This document shows, piece after piece, positions 1-8,898 of a stretch of 64,000 nt of DNA (positions are counted from its first letter, which is position 1; the number at the start of each line of letters is the position of its first letter). Below the pieces are notes generated by a model. The model searched no databases. It worked only from the letters and a program-made list of their open reading frames with translations, and was not told the origin of the DNA. The stretch spans positions 320,001 through 384,000 of the forward strand of contig JBFWNU010000007.1 in assembly GCA_050250895.1 (NCBI GenBank). Reading direction: 5' to 3'. This stretch comes from Vulcanimicrobiota bacterium (GTDB lineage Bacteria > Vulcanimicrobiota > Xenobia > Xenobiales > JADMJV01). Made by a program: the position numbers and the translations under genes.

Positions 1-337
1 GAGAGAGAACGCTCGAGCCGAACGGTCGGGTGATAGAGAGTTCTGACCCGACCTCGATCTGATCGTAGAAGGCTCGGCCGAAGCCACCTTTTCGGCTCAC
101 GCTGAGCTGGAAGTTCGGCCCGTCAGAAGGGGCCGAGCTAAGCATCAGAGGACACTGTCGACCCTGAAAATCCACCAGGACCGCCTGCCCGCACTCGAAG
201 CCCAGAGGCCGCTCGGCCGCGAGGGTATAGGTCCTCAGGCAGTTGGTCTCCTGAAGGATTTCGATCACCCGATGCCGGGTTACACTACTCGGGTCCAACA
301 GGCCCGCATTTTTTTGGGGACGCAACAAGATTTGCAC
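1..337 (-). CDS. FAD-binding (ferredoxin-NADP reductase-like) oxidoreductase; only the 5' part is in the window and it runs off the left edge
   Basis: Not in the ORF track. Manual translation gives (M)QILLRPQKNAGLLDPSSVTRHRVIEILQETNCLRTYTLAAERPLGFECGQAVLVDFQGRQCPLMLSSAPSDGPNFQLSVSRKGGFGRAFYDQIEVGSELSITRPFG. The pattern F-x-x-GQ / SSAP / VG-x-x-L-x-I-x-x-P-F-G fits the FNR-type FAD-binding barrel. GTG at 337 is preceded by GGAGGGG; TTG at 298 is an alternative start. Confidence 0.7.
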   Translation of the reverse strand, partial: MQILLRPQKNAGLLDPSSVTRHRVIEILQETNCLRTYTLAAERPLGFECGQAVLVDFQGRQCPLMLSSAPSDGPNFQLSVSRKGGFGRAFYDQIEVGSELSITRPFGSSVLS

Positions 338-408
338 GTCACCCCTCCATTCGCCCCGCCCGTTGTAGTTGCGACACTAAGTCTAATAGAATGCCTCGAC
401 ATGAGCAT
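280..408 (-). CDS. putative 42-aa Cys-rich small protein or leader peptide
   Basis: AGGAGG (422-417) lies 8 nt before ATG 408. Translation MLMSRHSIRLSVATTTGGANGGVTCKSCCVPKKMRACWTRVV. No family recognised. Confidence 0.35.
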   Translation of the reverse strand: MLMSRHSIRLSVATTTGGANGGVTCKSCCVPKKMRACWTRVV

Positions 409-432
409 CGACAATTCCTCCTGGTTTGGACT

Positions 433-461
433 AGTATAAATTAACCACGGGCTACCAACAA
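433..461 (-). promoter_or_regulatory. sigma70-like promoter TTGTTG-N17-TATACT
   Basis: -35 at 461-456 and -10 at 438-433 in an AT-rich intergenic stretch, upstream of the AGGAGG at 422-417. Confidence 0.5.
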
Positions 462-508
462 CCTTGAGAGCGCGTCCGGGTTTTAAGCCACAGATGGCAT
501 CAAGACTC

Positions 509-1285
509 ATGTATGTGCTGCTCGCTCTGACGGCGCTGGGCTGGTGTGAAGGCCTCTCCCGCTACTACGAACCGGCGGGGCAGTTCGAACTCTACACCGG
601 ACGACGTTCGCGTCAGTCTGTTGAGGATTATTCGGACGGACGGTTCAATCAGCCGCGCTCGGGCCGGCGCACCATCGTGATCGTGCCTTATGGGGATTGG
701 GATTACTCTCGCGACCAGCAAGGGTTGACCCGGTTTCTGGAAGCCTTCTTTCAGTTGCCCGTGCGCTGGGAGACTTCCCGGCCTCTGGCCGGTCGGGCCA
801 ACCGGTCCAAGTATTCCGCTGATCAAATCCAGCGCGAGCTCAGGCGGCGTTTGCCCTCCGACGCCCTGGCGATGCTGGCTTTGACCCAGGTCGATCTTTA
901 TGCCGAAGACTCCGGACCGGGCCGGTTGCTTTTCGGGCAGGGTCACTACTTCAATCGGACGGCCGTGGCCAGTATGAACCGGTTGAGCAACGAGCAGGCG
1001 AGCCTGCGCCGCCACCGGCTTTATAAACTGGCCGCCCACGAGCTTTTGCACACCTTCAACCTCCGCCATTGCAGGCGTTATCGCTGCCTGCTCAACAGTT
1101 CGGGAAGCGTGGCCCAGAGTGACCGGCGACCTCTTCACCTTTGTCCCGAGTGCCTCGAGAAACTCCAACACGCCGTGGGTTTCGATGTCGAGGCCCGCTA
1201 TAGCGACCTGGTCGAGGCCACCTCCGAGGCCAGACCCGGCGATCAGCAGTGGTTTGCGGCTCGCCTGGCTTTCCTCCGTCAATAG
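509..1285 (+). CDS. archaemetzincin-like zinc metallopeptidase (M54) with putative signal peptide
   Basis: HELLHTFNLRHC (HExxHxxxxxH) followed by C-x-x-x-x-C-LLN...D-x-x-PLHLCPEC, the archaemetzincin Cys cluster. Hydrophobic N-terminus MYVLLALTALGW. Start could be 494. Confidence 0.85.
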   Translation: MYVLLALTALGWCEGLSRYYEPAGQFELYTGRRSRQSVEDYSDGRFNQPRSGRRTIVIVPYGDWDYSRDQQGLTRFLEAFFQLPVRWETSRPLAGRANRSKYSADQIQRELRRRLPSDALAMLALTQVDLYAEDSGPGRLLFGQGHYFNRTAVASMNRLSNEQASLRRHRLYKLAAHELLHTFNLRHCRRYRCLLNSSGSVAQSDRRPLHLCPECLEKLQHAVGFDVEARYSDLVEATSEARPGDQQWFAARLAFLRQ

Positions 1286-1286
1286 C

Positions 1287-1315
1287 TGGACTTCTGGGGC
1301 GAGTTTTCCTATAAT
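1287..1315 (+). promoter_or_regulatory. sigma70-like promoter TGGACT-N17-TATAAT
   Basis: Consensus -10 TATAAT at 1310-1315, -35 TGGACT at 1287-1292, 17-nt spacing, directly upstream of the yccF-like gene. Confidence 0.6.
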
Positions 1316-1342
1316 CGTGGCTGTGGAAAGGTGGTTTTTCGA

Positions 1343-1753
1343 ATGCTAAACTTCACCGGCAATCTCATCTGGTTGCTCTTTGGGGGGCTGACCGCCGCCG
1401 GGGGCATGATGGCCGCCGGCTTTACCACCTGCGCAACCATCATCGGTATTCCCTTCGGGATCGAGCAGATCCGGGTGGGCTACGCCATGCTGACCCCCTT
1501 CGGCCGCGAGGTCCTCATCGAACGCGAGACTACCCGCCTGGAAAAGGTTCTCAACCTGGCCTGGTTTGTCTTGTTCGGATGGGCCCTGGTCATCAACCAT
1601 CTCTTCTTTGGGGCTATCTTGACGCTGACCGTGGTGGGCATCCCTTTCGCCCGTCAACATTGGAAACTAACCCTGTTCTCGGCTTTTCCCTTCGGCAAGA
1701 AGTTCGGCAAGCCGCGGCGGCCGGCCGAGTATACCGACGGACCCCGTGATTAA
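1343..1753 (+). CDS. yccF: YccF-domain inner membrane protein
   Basis: Two YccF repeats: GNLIWLLFGG...TIIGIPFG...LTPFG and LNLAWFVLFGW...TVVGIPFARQHWKL...PFG. Confidence 0.88.
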   Translation: MLNFTGNLIWLLFGGLTAAGGMMAAGFTTCATIIGIPFGIEQIRVGYAMLTPFGREVLIERETTRLEKVLNLAWFVLFGWALVINHLFFGAILTLTVVGIPFARQHWKLTLFSAFPFGKKFGKPRRPAEYTDGPRD

Positions 1754-1789
1754 GAGGGAAATGCCCGACCACGGGCAAAACTAGAGGCC

Positions 1790-3331
1790 ATGGCGAGTTT
1801 TGCCGATGGGACCCCCGAGAGTAAGCCGTCGCGGCTGGATTTTCCTCGTCCTCCCCAGTTTCCCAGTCTCGGCTCGATCAAGCGCGTCCCCACCCCTCAA
1901 GAACTCGACGAGCCGGCCACCATTGCGCCCCCGCCTCCGCTCACCGAGCGGCCGCGCTCAGAGAACTTGAGTCGTCAGGTCAACGAGCTGACCATCGAGG
2001 TCGAGCGCCTGCGCCTGGGCCAACAAGAGGGCAGCCATCTACCCGGGGCTCTGGCTTCGCTAGAACAGCGCGTCGGCGAGTTGAGCGAGCAGCTCGAGCA
2101 ACTGCGCCAACAGATCGAGTCGGCTCCGACTTCCGCCCAACCGGCGGCGGCGGTCGCGGCAGCGGCCGTGGCGGCTACCACCGAAGTCGACCTCGACATC
2201 AGCACCGAGCACCCACCGACGCTGGGTTTCAGTCTTGACGACTTGCTGCGAGTGGTCATCAAACACGGCGCCTCTGACCTGCATATCAAGCCGAACGCGG
2301 CCCCCACCGTTCGCCTCGACGGCGATCTGATCCCGATCGGCAACGACATTTTGACCCCTGAACAATCCCGCTACCTGGTGCTCACTTCCTTGCCGCTGGT
2401 CAAGCGCCATCGACTGCTGCAACGTCGCGAGGTAGACCACGCCTATGTGTGTGGAGAGGTCCGCTTTCGACTCAACGCTTTTCTCGAGCGCGGCCATCTG
2501 AGCGCCGCCTACCGCACCGTGTCCTCGGACATCCCCGGGTTCGCCCAGCTTGGGCTGCCCCAGGTGCTCGAGCGACTGGGGCGGCTCAACGACGGATTGG
2601 TGCTGGTCACGGGTCCGGCCGGGTCAGGTAAGTCCACCACCCTGGCCGCTTTGATCGACTTCATTAACGCTAACCGCAAGGCCCATGTGGTCACCATCGA
2701 GGACCCTATCGAATTTCACCATCGCGACAAGAACTCGTTTATCACCCAACGCGAGGTCGGCACCGACACGGCGTCTTTTACCGAAGCTCTCAAACAGGCT
2801 TTGCGCCAGGACCCCAACGTCATCATGCTGGGCGAGATGCGTGACCCCGAGACCATCATGACCGCGGTAACCGCTGCCGAGACCGGTCACCTCGTCCTGT
2901 CGACCTTGCACACCCCCAACGCCGTCGGCGCCATCGACCGTATCGTCGATTCTTTCACCGGCCAAAGCCAGAAGCAGGTTCGCGTCTTGCTCTCTACCTG
3001 TCTCAAGGCGGTGGTGGCCCAAAAGTTGCTCAATCGACAAGATGGCGGCGGGCGGGTGCCGGCTACCGAGGTCATGGTTGCGACCTCGACCATCGCCTCG
3101 CACATCCTCGACGGTCAGACCACCGAGATTCACCAATACATCGAACAGGGTCAGAACGAAGGCATGCATACCTTCACCCAGTCGCTGGCCCGGCTGGTCG
3201 AGAAGGGCCTCATCACTCGCGAAGACGCCCTCCACTTTGCCGACTCGCCCACCGACGTGCGCTTTGCCACCGAGGGCCGGGTGAGTGGCGGGGTCTCTCA
3301 CAGCAACGACGGCTACATCAACTACCTCTAG
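1790..3331 (+). CDS. pilT: PilT/PilU-family type IV pilus ATPase with ~140-aa N-terminal Pro-rich/coiled-coil extension
   Basis: ASDLHI; Walker A GPAGSGKST; TIEDPIE; QREVG; LRQDPNVIMLGEMRD; AETGHLVLSTLHT. Confidence 0.9.
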   Translation: MASFADGTPESKPSRLDFPRPPQFPSLGSIKRVPTPQELDEPATIAPPPPLTERPRSENLSRQVNELTIEVERLRLGQQEGSHLPGALASLEQRVGELSEQLEQLRQQIESAPTSAQPAAAVAAAAVAATTEVDLDISTEHPPTLGFSLDDLLRVVIKHGASDLHIKPNAAPTVRLDGDLIPIGNDILTPEQSRYLVLTSLPLVKRHRLLQRREVDHAYVCGEVRFRLNAFLERGHLSAAYRTVSSDIPGFAQLGLPQVLERLGRLNDGLVLVTGPAGSGKSTTLAALIDFINANRKAHVVTIEDPIEFHHRDKNSFITQREVGTDTASFTEALKQALRQDPNVIMLGEMRDPETIMTAVTAAETGHLVLSTLHTPNAVGAIDRIVDSFTGQSQKQVRVLLSTCLKAVVAQKLLNRQDGGGRVPATEVMVATSTIASHILDGQTTEIHQYIEQGQNEGMHTFTQSLARLVEKGLITREDALHFADSPTDVRFATEGRVSGGVSHSNDGYINYL

Positions 3332-3342
3332 GAGACTCCATC

Positions 3343-4059
3343 GTGACTACTGGTCTGGTCGACGCCAGTCGACCGTTTCTGGAATATCTCGAGAATTGGG
3401 TCGGTCAGCTCCCCACCACCAGTTTTGCTCGGCTCATCGAAGAGGCGGGCGGGCCGCGAGGCGTGGCCGTGCTGGGCGTCGACCTGGTCAACGGTTTCTG
3501 TAAAGAAGGCGCCCTGGCCAGCTCCCGGGTCGGGGCTATCGTCACCCCCTCGCGACAACTGGTCGAGCGGGCCCACGGCGCCGGGGTTCGGGACTTCTTC
3601 TTCCCTTGCGACGCGCACCCCGTCGATAGCCCCGAATTCGAGGCTTTCCCACCTCATTGCCTGGTGGGCACTCCGGAGTCGTCCCTGGTGTCCGAACTGA
3701 GCGGTCTGCCCTTCGCCGACCTGTTTGAAGTGCTGCCCAAAGGCTCGATCTCGGCTCTGGTTTCCACCGGGCTCCAGCAGCGCCTCTACGAGCGTGAGCA
3801 ACTTCGCACGCTGGTGTGCGTGGGGGACTGTTCCGACCTGTGTCTTTATCACATGGCGGCCGGCCTTCGCTTTGTAGCCAACGCTCGCAAGCTGCCCTGG
3901 AAGATCGTGGTCGAGGCCCGTTCGGTCGACACCTATGATCTGCCGGTGGACACGGCGGCTGAACTAGGCATCTTGCCTCATCCCGGCGACTTTCTGCATG
4001 TCGTGTTCCTGTATCACCTTCGCCTTATCGGGGTCGAGGTGGTGGCTCGGGTCGACTGA
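3343..4059 (+). CDS. isochorismatase/nicotinamidase-family cysteine hydrolase
   Basis: VDLVNGF (catalytic Asp), D-A-H, FPPHC and VGDCSDLC motifs. Confidence 0.85.
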   Translation: MTTGLVDASRPFLEYLENWVGQLPTTSFARLIEEAGGPRGVAVLGVDLVNGFCKEGALASSRVGAIVTPSRQLVERAHGAGVRDFFFPCDAHPVDSPEFEAFPPHCLVGTPESSLVSELSGLPFADLFEVLPKGSISALVSTGLQQRLYEREQLRTLVCVGDCSDLCLYHMAAGLRFVANARKLPWKIVVEARSVDTYDLPVDTAAELGILPHPGDFLHVVFLYHLRLIGVEVVARVD

Positions 4060-4099
4060 TACCTGGGGGAACCGTCGCCTGGGCCTTGAATAGCCCGGC

Positions 4100-5179
4100 A
4101 TGTCGATCTTTGGGTTGCTGTATCAGGCGCACCAGCGCAAAGCTTCCGACCTCCATCTGGTGGTAGGACTCCCCGTCACGCTACGATTGCACGGCCAGAT
4201 CGAGCCCCTGGGCTCGTCGCTGCTCGACGAGCCTCAAGTGCGGGCTCTGTTGGCCGAAGCCATCGGTGATCAGGAAATGGCCCGGCTCGAGCACGAAAAA
4301 GAGATCGACGCCGGCATCACCGTGCCCGACACCGGCCGCTGTCGCGTAGCAGCCTTCTATCAGAAGGGTAGTCTCTCGGCCTCGTTTCGACTGGTGCCCA
4401 CCGAACTGCCCAGCCCGGGTAAGCTCGGTCTACCGGCGGCGGTAGGCTATTTCAGTCGTTTGCAAAACGGGTTGGTCCTGATCACGGGGGTGACCGGTTC
4501 GGGCAAGTCGACCACCATGAGCATTATCGTCGACCAGATCAACCGGGACAGACGCTCGCGCATCATCACCATCGAAGACCCGGTGGAGTATCTGCACACC
4601 AGTAAGCGCAGCGTGGTTCTGCAGCGCGAGGTGAGGCTCGACACCGATTCTTACGGTAAGGCGCTGCGCGGGGTGCTACGCCAGGACCCCGATGTCATCG
4701 TGATTGGCGAGATGCGCGACCACGACACGGTTTCGGTGGCCCTGACGGCGGCCGAAACGGGCCACCTGGTGGTGTCTACCCTGCACACGAAAACCGCCAC
4801 CGAGACCATCCAGCGGGTCATCGACACCTATCCCGCCAATCAGCAGTCTCAGGTCAGATCTCAGCTGGCCGACACCCTTCAGGGGGTCATCTGTCAGCGC
4901 CTGATACCCAACCAGCAGGGCAACGGGGTGGCTTTAGCCTTTGAGGTGCTGGTCGTCAATCGGCCGATTCGGACTATGATCCGCGAAGGTCGGCTAGAGC
5001 AGATTCCCAACGCTCTGCTGACGGCGAAAGAGGCCGGCTGTTGCCCGTTGGACCACTGTCTTCGCTATCTACTCGATCAGGGAAAAATCGATTACGACGC
5101 GGCCATTTCCCACTGCCACGACCCGGAGTCTTTCGACATGTTGACCGGGGTCGGCGCTCCCATGCTCTTCACGGTGTGA
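4100..5179 (+). CDS. pilT: PilT-family type IV pilus retraction ATPase
   Basis: ASDLHL; GVTGSGKSTT; TIEDPVE; LRQDPDVIVIGEMRD; AETGHLVVSTLHT; PIRTMIRE (AIRNLIRE-like). Confidence 0.92.
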   Translation: MSIFGLLYQAHQRKASDLHLVVGLPVTLRLHGQIEPLGSSLLDEPQVRALLAEAIGDQEMARLEHEKEIDAGITVPDTGRCRVAAFYQKGSLSASFRLVPTELPSPGKLGLPAAVGYFSRLQNGLVLITGVTGSGKSTTMSIIVDQINRDRRSRIITIEDPVEYLHTSKRSVVLQREVRLDTDSYGKALRGVLRQDPDVIVIGEMRDHDTVSVALTAAETGHLVVSTLHTKTATETIQRVIDTYPANQQSQVRSQLADTLQGVICQRLIPNQQGNGVALAFEVLVVNRPIRTMIREGRLEQIPNALLTAKEAGCCPLDHCLRYLLDQGKIDYDAAISHCHDPESFDMLTGVGAPMLFTV

Positions 5180-5223
5180 GGCGTGGCCAGACGAGATGGG
5201 TCGCGCGTCAGGTGGGTTGAAAC

Positions 5224-5466
5224 CTAGCTCGCCAGGTGTTTATGAGAGCCGTCGCAGAAAGGGCTGTTCTGGCTGTGTTTGCAGCGGCAGAGAGCCACTT
5301 TTTGCGTCTCTTCAATGACCAGTTCCAACGGCGAGAACGACGTGCCTTTATGAGAGCCGTCACAGAAAGGTTGATTGCTGGATAGTCCGCAGCGGCACCA
5401 CCAGTAGGTCCCGGGCTCAAGAGTGGTGACGCTCGGAGTCGTGTCGGCAATCTTGGGAATGTCCAT
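5224..5466 (-). CDS. CDGSH iron-sulfur domain protein (two CDGSH motifs)
   Basis: WCRCGLSSNQPFCDGSH and LCRCKHSQNSPFCDGSH. Start taken at MDIPKIA; the ORF track starts at 5493. Confidence 0.92.
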   Translation of the reverse strand: MDIPKIADTTPSVTTLEPGTYWWCRCGLSSNQPFCDGSHKGTSFSPLELVIEETQKVALCRCKHSQNSPFCDGSHKHLAS

Positions 5467-6322
5467 CAGGTACCTCGCTTCCGGGCTCGTCATTCTCGGT
5501 GATCAGGATACTTCCTGGATGGGGACTCGGCGCCTGACTGAGCAAGATCACGCCGATCATCAGCAAGGTCACTCCCACCACCAGCGGAGTGCTCAGGTGC
5601 TCGTGAAAGATCAGCGGCCCGCCCAGCACAGGAACGATCATACTGGTGCAGGTGTAACTGGGCACGACCACCACCGCTCGGCCGTGGTTGTAGGCCCACT
5701 GGGTCAGACAAAAGCCCAGTCCGGTGACTACCATCCAGACCCAGAGAAAGAGATTGCTGATGGCCGGTTGGCCGTCGCTGGCCAATTTTTGGGCGATCAG
5801 GCCAAAGCCGGCGAAACCCCCGGCGCACGCGCCCAGCAACAAGCCCGCATGGCTGGTGGGAGTGAGGGCGACCACGGTGGTGGCGATGACCACGAAGGTG
5901 GACAAGGAGGCGGTCAGCCACCATAAGTCCGGAGCTGAATCCAATTGGCGATGGTCACCATAATAGCCGGCCAGCACGGTGCCCACGATGATCAGGAAGA
6001 TGCCGAACAGTTCGCGCTTGCCCAGCGGTTCGTGCAGCACGAAGGTAGAGAAGACGACCAGGCACACCAGCCCAAAACCCGCAAAGCTTGCAATCACCGA
6101 GGCGCTCCCCCAGGCCAGGGCCGGAAATAGCAAGGCGACCCCGATCATGGTCAGGGCGGTTCCCAGCAGCCACTGCACGAACTGCAGCGAGACTTCGGGG
6201 CATCGGCCCAGTTCGCGCAGGCGCCCCAGACTTTCGATGCCGGTCTTTTGGACTCCCATGCCCACGTTTCCGAGGGCGTAGCCCGAGAGTCCCAGGACGA
6301 TGGCCCAGGTTTGCTCGTTCAC
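5417..6322 (-). CDS. DMT-superfamily (NIPA-like) membrane transporter
   Basis: About 9 hydrophobic segments, with motifs VLHEPLGKRELFG and IFHEHLS. GTG start after a purine-rich RBS. Confidence 0.7.
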   Translation of the reverse strand: MNEQTWAIVLGLSGYALGNVGMGVQKTGIESLGRLRELGRCPEVSLQFVQWLLGTALTMIGVALLFPALAWGSASVIASFAGFGLVCLVVFSTFVLHEPLGKRELFGIFLIIVGTVLAGYYGDHRQLDSAPDLWWLTASLSTFVVIATTVVALTPTSHAGLLLGACAGGFAGFGLIAQKLASDGQPAISNLFLWVWMVVTGLGFCLTQWAYNHGRAVVVVPSYTCTSMIVPVLGGPLIFHEHLSTPLVVGVTLLMIGVILLSQAPSPHPGSILITENDEPGSEVPDGHSQDCRHDSERHHS

Positions 6323-6405
6323 TGGCGATACAATTCCCTTCCTTTCGTGAAACTCCCGGTTGAAAAAGGGCAGGATGAAGACGGCTGAGCTTGAATAAAA
6401 TTCCA

Positions 6406-6918
6406 ATGGGAGTCCTGACCAGAGACGAAATCGTGAAAGCCGTTCAGGCCGGCCACATCGAGATTGATCCCTATCGTGAAGAGCTGGTAGGGCCCGGTTC
6501 GGTCGATCTGCATCTGGGCAATCAATTTCGCGTCTTTCGCAAGCTTCATCGCATCTATCACGTCACCGACGAGTCCGACTTTCAACAGATCACCGAGCTG
6601 GTCGAGGTCGATGACTATTTCGTGCTCATGCCCGGCGAGACCGTACTCGGGGTCACAGTCGAGAGGATTCGGCTGGCTCCCTTTCTGTGCGGTCGCCTCG
6701 AGGGTCGCAGCCGTTTCGCCAGGCTCGGTCTGATGGTCCATATCACGGCCGGCTTCATGCAGCCTGGCATCAACAACCATCAGGTGCTCGAGATCAGCAA
6801 CGTGTCTTCGGTTCCGCTGGCGCTACATCCCGGCACCAGACTCTGCCAATTCGTCTTCGAACGCACCGAAGGGGAGGCCGTTTATCAGGGCCGCTTCGCC
6901 GACCAGAAGATTCCGTGA
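6406..6918 (+). CDS. dcd: dCTP deaminase (trimeric dUTPase fold)
   Basis: GSVDLHLG, EGRSRFARLGLMVHITAG, LEISN, YQGRF. Confidence 0.9.
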   Translation: MGVLTRDEIVKAVQAGHIEIDPYREELVGPGSVDLHLGNQFRVFRKLHRIYHVTDESDFQQITELVEVDDYFVLMPGETVLGVTVERIRLAPFLCGRLEGRSRFARLGLMVHITAGFMQPGINNHQVLEISNVSSVPLALHPGTRLCQFVFERTEGEAVYQGRFADQKIP

Positions 6919-6954
6919 GGGATTTCCAGCCGGTGGAGAGAATCAGTCCCCACG

Positions 6955-7635
6955 ATGGCGAGTGTGGTGGAACGTGCGAACAAGATCGCGCCAGAACTGG
7001 CAAACTGGCTCAAAGGTCTGGCGGCCCATCCGCTTTCCTTCGACGGCGACACGCCCCTTGATCAGATCAGCAAGAACTACGTTCGTCTCTGGTTGACCGA
7101 GTTTTTTGCCGAAGAGGCGGACGAGGTCGATCTGGATTTTCGGGTAGAGACCACCGAGTGGCTGATCGGTTGTTGGGCGCGAAGGGCTCGACCGGATGTC
7201 GGTGCGGCCTGCCTGTGTTTTTACGTCTATGACGATCTGGCTCCGACCCTGACGGTGGCCACCGAGTCTCCGAAGGGCTTTCCCTTTCGCAGCCAGGAAC
7301 GCGTCGACACTCTGGAAGAGTTGCTGCAACCGTTCTGTCGTCGCCATTGGAGCGAACTCTGGGGCACGTCGGGGGTGACCTCGCGACGAATCTATCAGGC
7401 GGTCGACGCTGCCCACGGTGATATTGGGCGTTTGGTAGCCCAGAAACTCGGTCTCGAGGCAGGAAGATTGCGCCGAGCCATCGAGTGGTTCGGCCTGGGC
7501 GACGAGGTCAATCGCATCCGCACCCAGCATCAGCGACCGGTTTTGCGTTTTCGCAGCCTGCAGTCCCAGGCCAGCCTTTATTCGGATCGATGGCGGATCT
7601 ATGAACGTCGAGTGACTTCTTCCATCGAGGGGTGA
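6955..7635 (+). CDS. hypothetical protein
   Basis: 226-aa ORF with normal composition filling the gap between dcd and the convergent HD gene. Confidence 0.6.
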   Translation: MASVVERANKIAPELANWLKGLAAHPLSFDGDTPLDQISKNYVRLWLTEFFAEEADEVDLDFRVETTEWLIGCWARRARPDVGAACLCFYVYDDLAPTLTVATESPKGFPFRSQERVDTLEELLQPFCRRHWSELWGTSGVTSRRIYQAVDAAHGDIGRLVAQKLGLEAGRLRRAIEWFGLGDEVNRIRTQHQRPVLRFRSLQSQASLYSDRWRIYERRVTSSIEG

Positions 7636-8894
7636 AGCACGGCGAAGGCGCCTTCACGACATTCGGGAGCGACCATCAAGAAGCCGCCGCCGGATTTCTG
7701 GCCCAGGGCCAGGATGGCGTCGGTGCGAGTGACCTCGGTGATCTCCTTCCACTGGTTCGGCGGTCGGATCAGCACGCGGATGGGGTTGCCCGAGCCGGGG
7801 TGGTAGACCCCGAAGGCTGTTTCTCCGGGGCGGTCCTCGCGCAGATAGTAGCGCCAATCGGCGCCAAATTCAGCCTCGACTAGAGCCCGAATACGCTCGA
7901 GTTCCTCCCCTTCTCCAGGATGGCGCAACACCTTGAAGAGACGGCGTTCGGCCAGGCGCCTCGCCAGATCCGCGAGCAGAGGGTCGCTGGACTGCTTCCA
8001 GAGCTTGATGGCGTTGAAAAAGTCGAAGTCGTCCATCCCCAGAAAGCCTTCCAGAAAACGCTCGGGAGAGATGGTCTGGCGTTCGAACAAAAACAGCAGG
8101 TTGGCCGGCACCTTCAGTTTGTCTCGGTCTTCTGAAAAGACCTCCTGGGCCCGTTCGAGCACGACTCTGAGCAGCAGTTCGGCCGAGCGCACCGTGCGAT
8201 GCAGATAAACCTGCCAATGCATGAAATAGCGGCTGAAGAGAAACTCCTCGACCGCCTGGGTGCCTTTGTAGTCGACGGCCAGATAGAGGGTGTCGTCGTG
8301 CATCGGCACTAGCGTGTGAAGAATGCGCTCGATGTCGAACAGCCCGTATTTTACGCCGGTGTAGAGCGAGTCGCGCTGAAGATAATCCATGCGATCCACA
8401 TCCAGCTGGCTGGCCAGCAGCTCGTGAAATACGGGACGAGGGTAGGTGCCCTCCATGATGGCCACCACCGCTTCGGGGTCCACCCCGTGCCGGCTCAGGA
8501 TCGGGGCCAGCCGCGAGCGCACGATTTGACGCCCGAGGACCTCGTGGTCCACCCCGGAAAAGACGCGTTCCAGGGCGTGGGAGAAAGGCCCATGGCCGAG
8601 ATCGTGAAGCAGCGCCGCGGCGCAAGCCGCCTGCCGCTCTGCGAGCGCCATGTCGGCCAGGCCGTTCTTCTGCCACAGGTCCAGCACCCGGTACATCAGC
8701 CACATCACGCCCAGAGCGTGTTGAAAGCGTGAATGCTCGGCTCCGTGAAAGGTGGTGAAACACATGCCCAGCTGGCGAACATTGCGCAGGCGCTGAAACT
8801 CGGGACTGTCGACCAGGTCCAGGAGCACGGGCCAGGGGATGGTCAGATTTCCATAGACCGGGTCGCGCAGAACCTTTTCGTAGTGAGAAGTCAC
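7599..8894 (-). CDS. HD-domain phosphohydrolase (SAMHD1/YwfO-like dNTP triphosphohydrolase family)
   Basis: RDPVYG, EFQRLRNVRQLG, HSRFQHALGV, LLHDLGHGPFSH, LDVDRMDYLQRD, QVYLH. GTG start just after the upstream stop. Confidence 0.9.
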   Translation of the reverse strand: MTSHYEKVLRDPVYGNLTIPWPVLLDLVDSPEFQRLRNVRQLGMCFTTFHGAEHSRFQHALGVMWLMYRVLDLWQKNGLADMALAERQAACAAALLHDLGHGPFSHALERVFSGVDHEVLGRQIVRSRLAPILSRHGVDPEAVVAIMEGTYPRPVFHELLASQLDVDRMDYLQRDSLYTGVKYGLFDIERILHTLVPMHDDTLYLAVDYKGTQAVEEFLFSRYFMHWQVYLHRTVRSAELLLRVVLERAQEVFSEDRDKLKVPANLLFLFERQTISPERFLEGFLGMDDFDFFNAIKLWKQSSDPLLADLARRLAERRLFKVLRHPGEGEELERIRALVEAEFGADWRYYLREDRPGETAFGVYHPGSGNPIRVLIRPPNQWKEITEVTRTDAILALGQKSGGGFLMVAPECREGAFAVLHPSMEEVTRRS

Positions 8895-8898
8895 GCCC

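Noticed and set aside
6406-8894. dcd plus HD dNTPase as a nucleotide-depletion anti-phage system
   Set aside because: This dcd is the housekeeping dUTPase-fold type, not the kinase-CDA defence type. The genes are convergent and there is no defence-island context.
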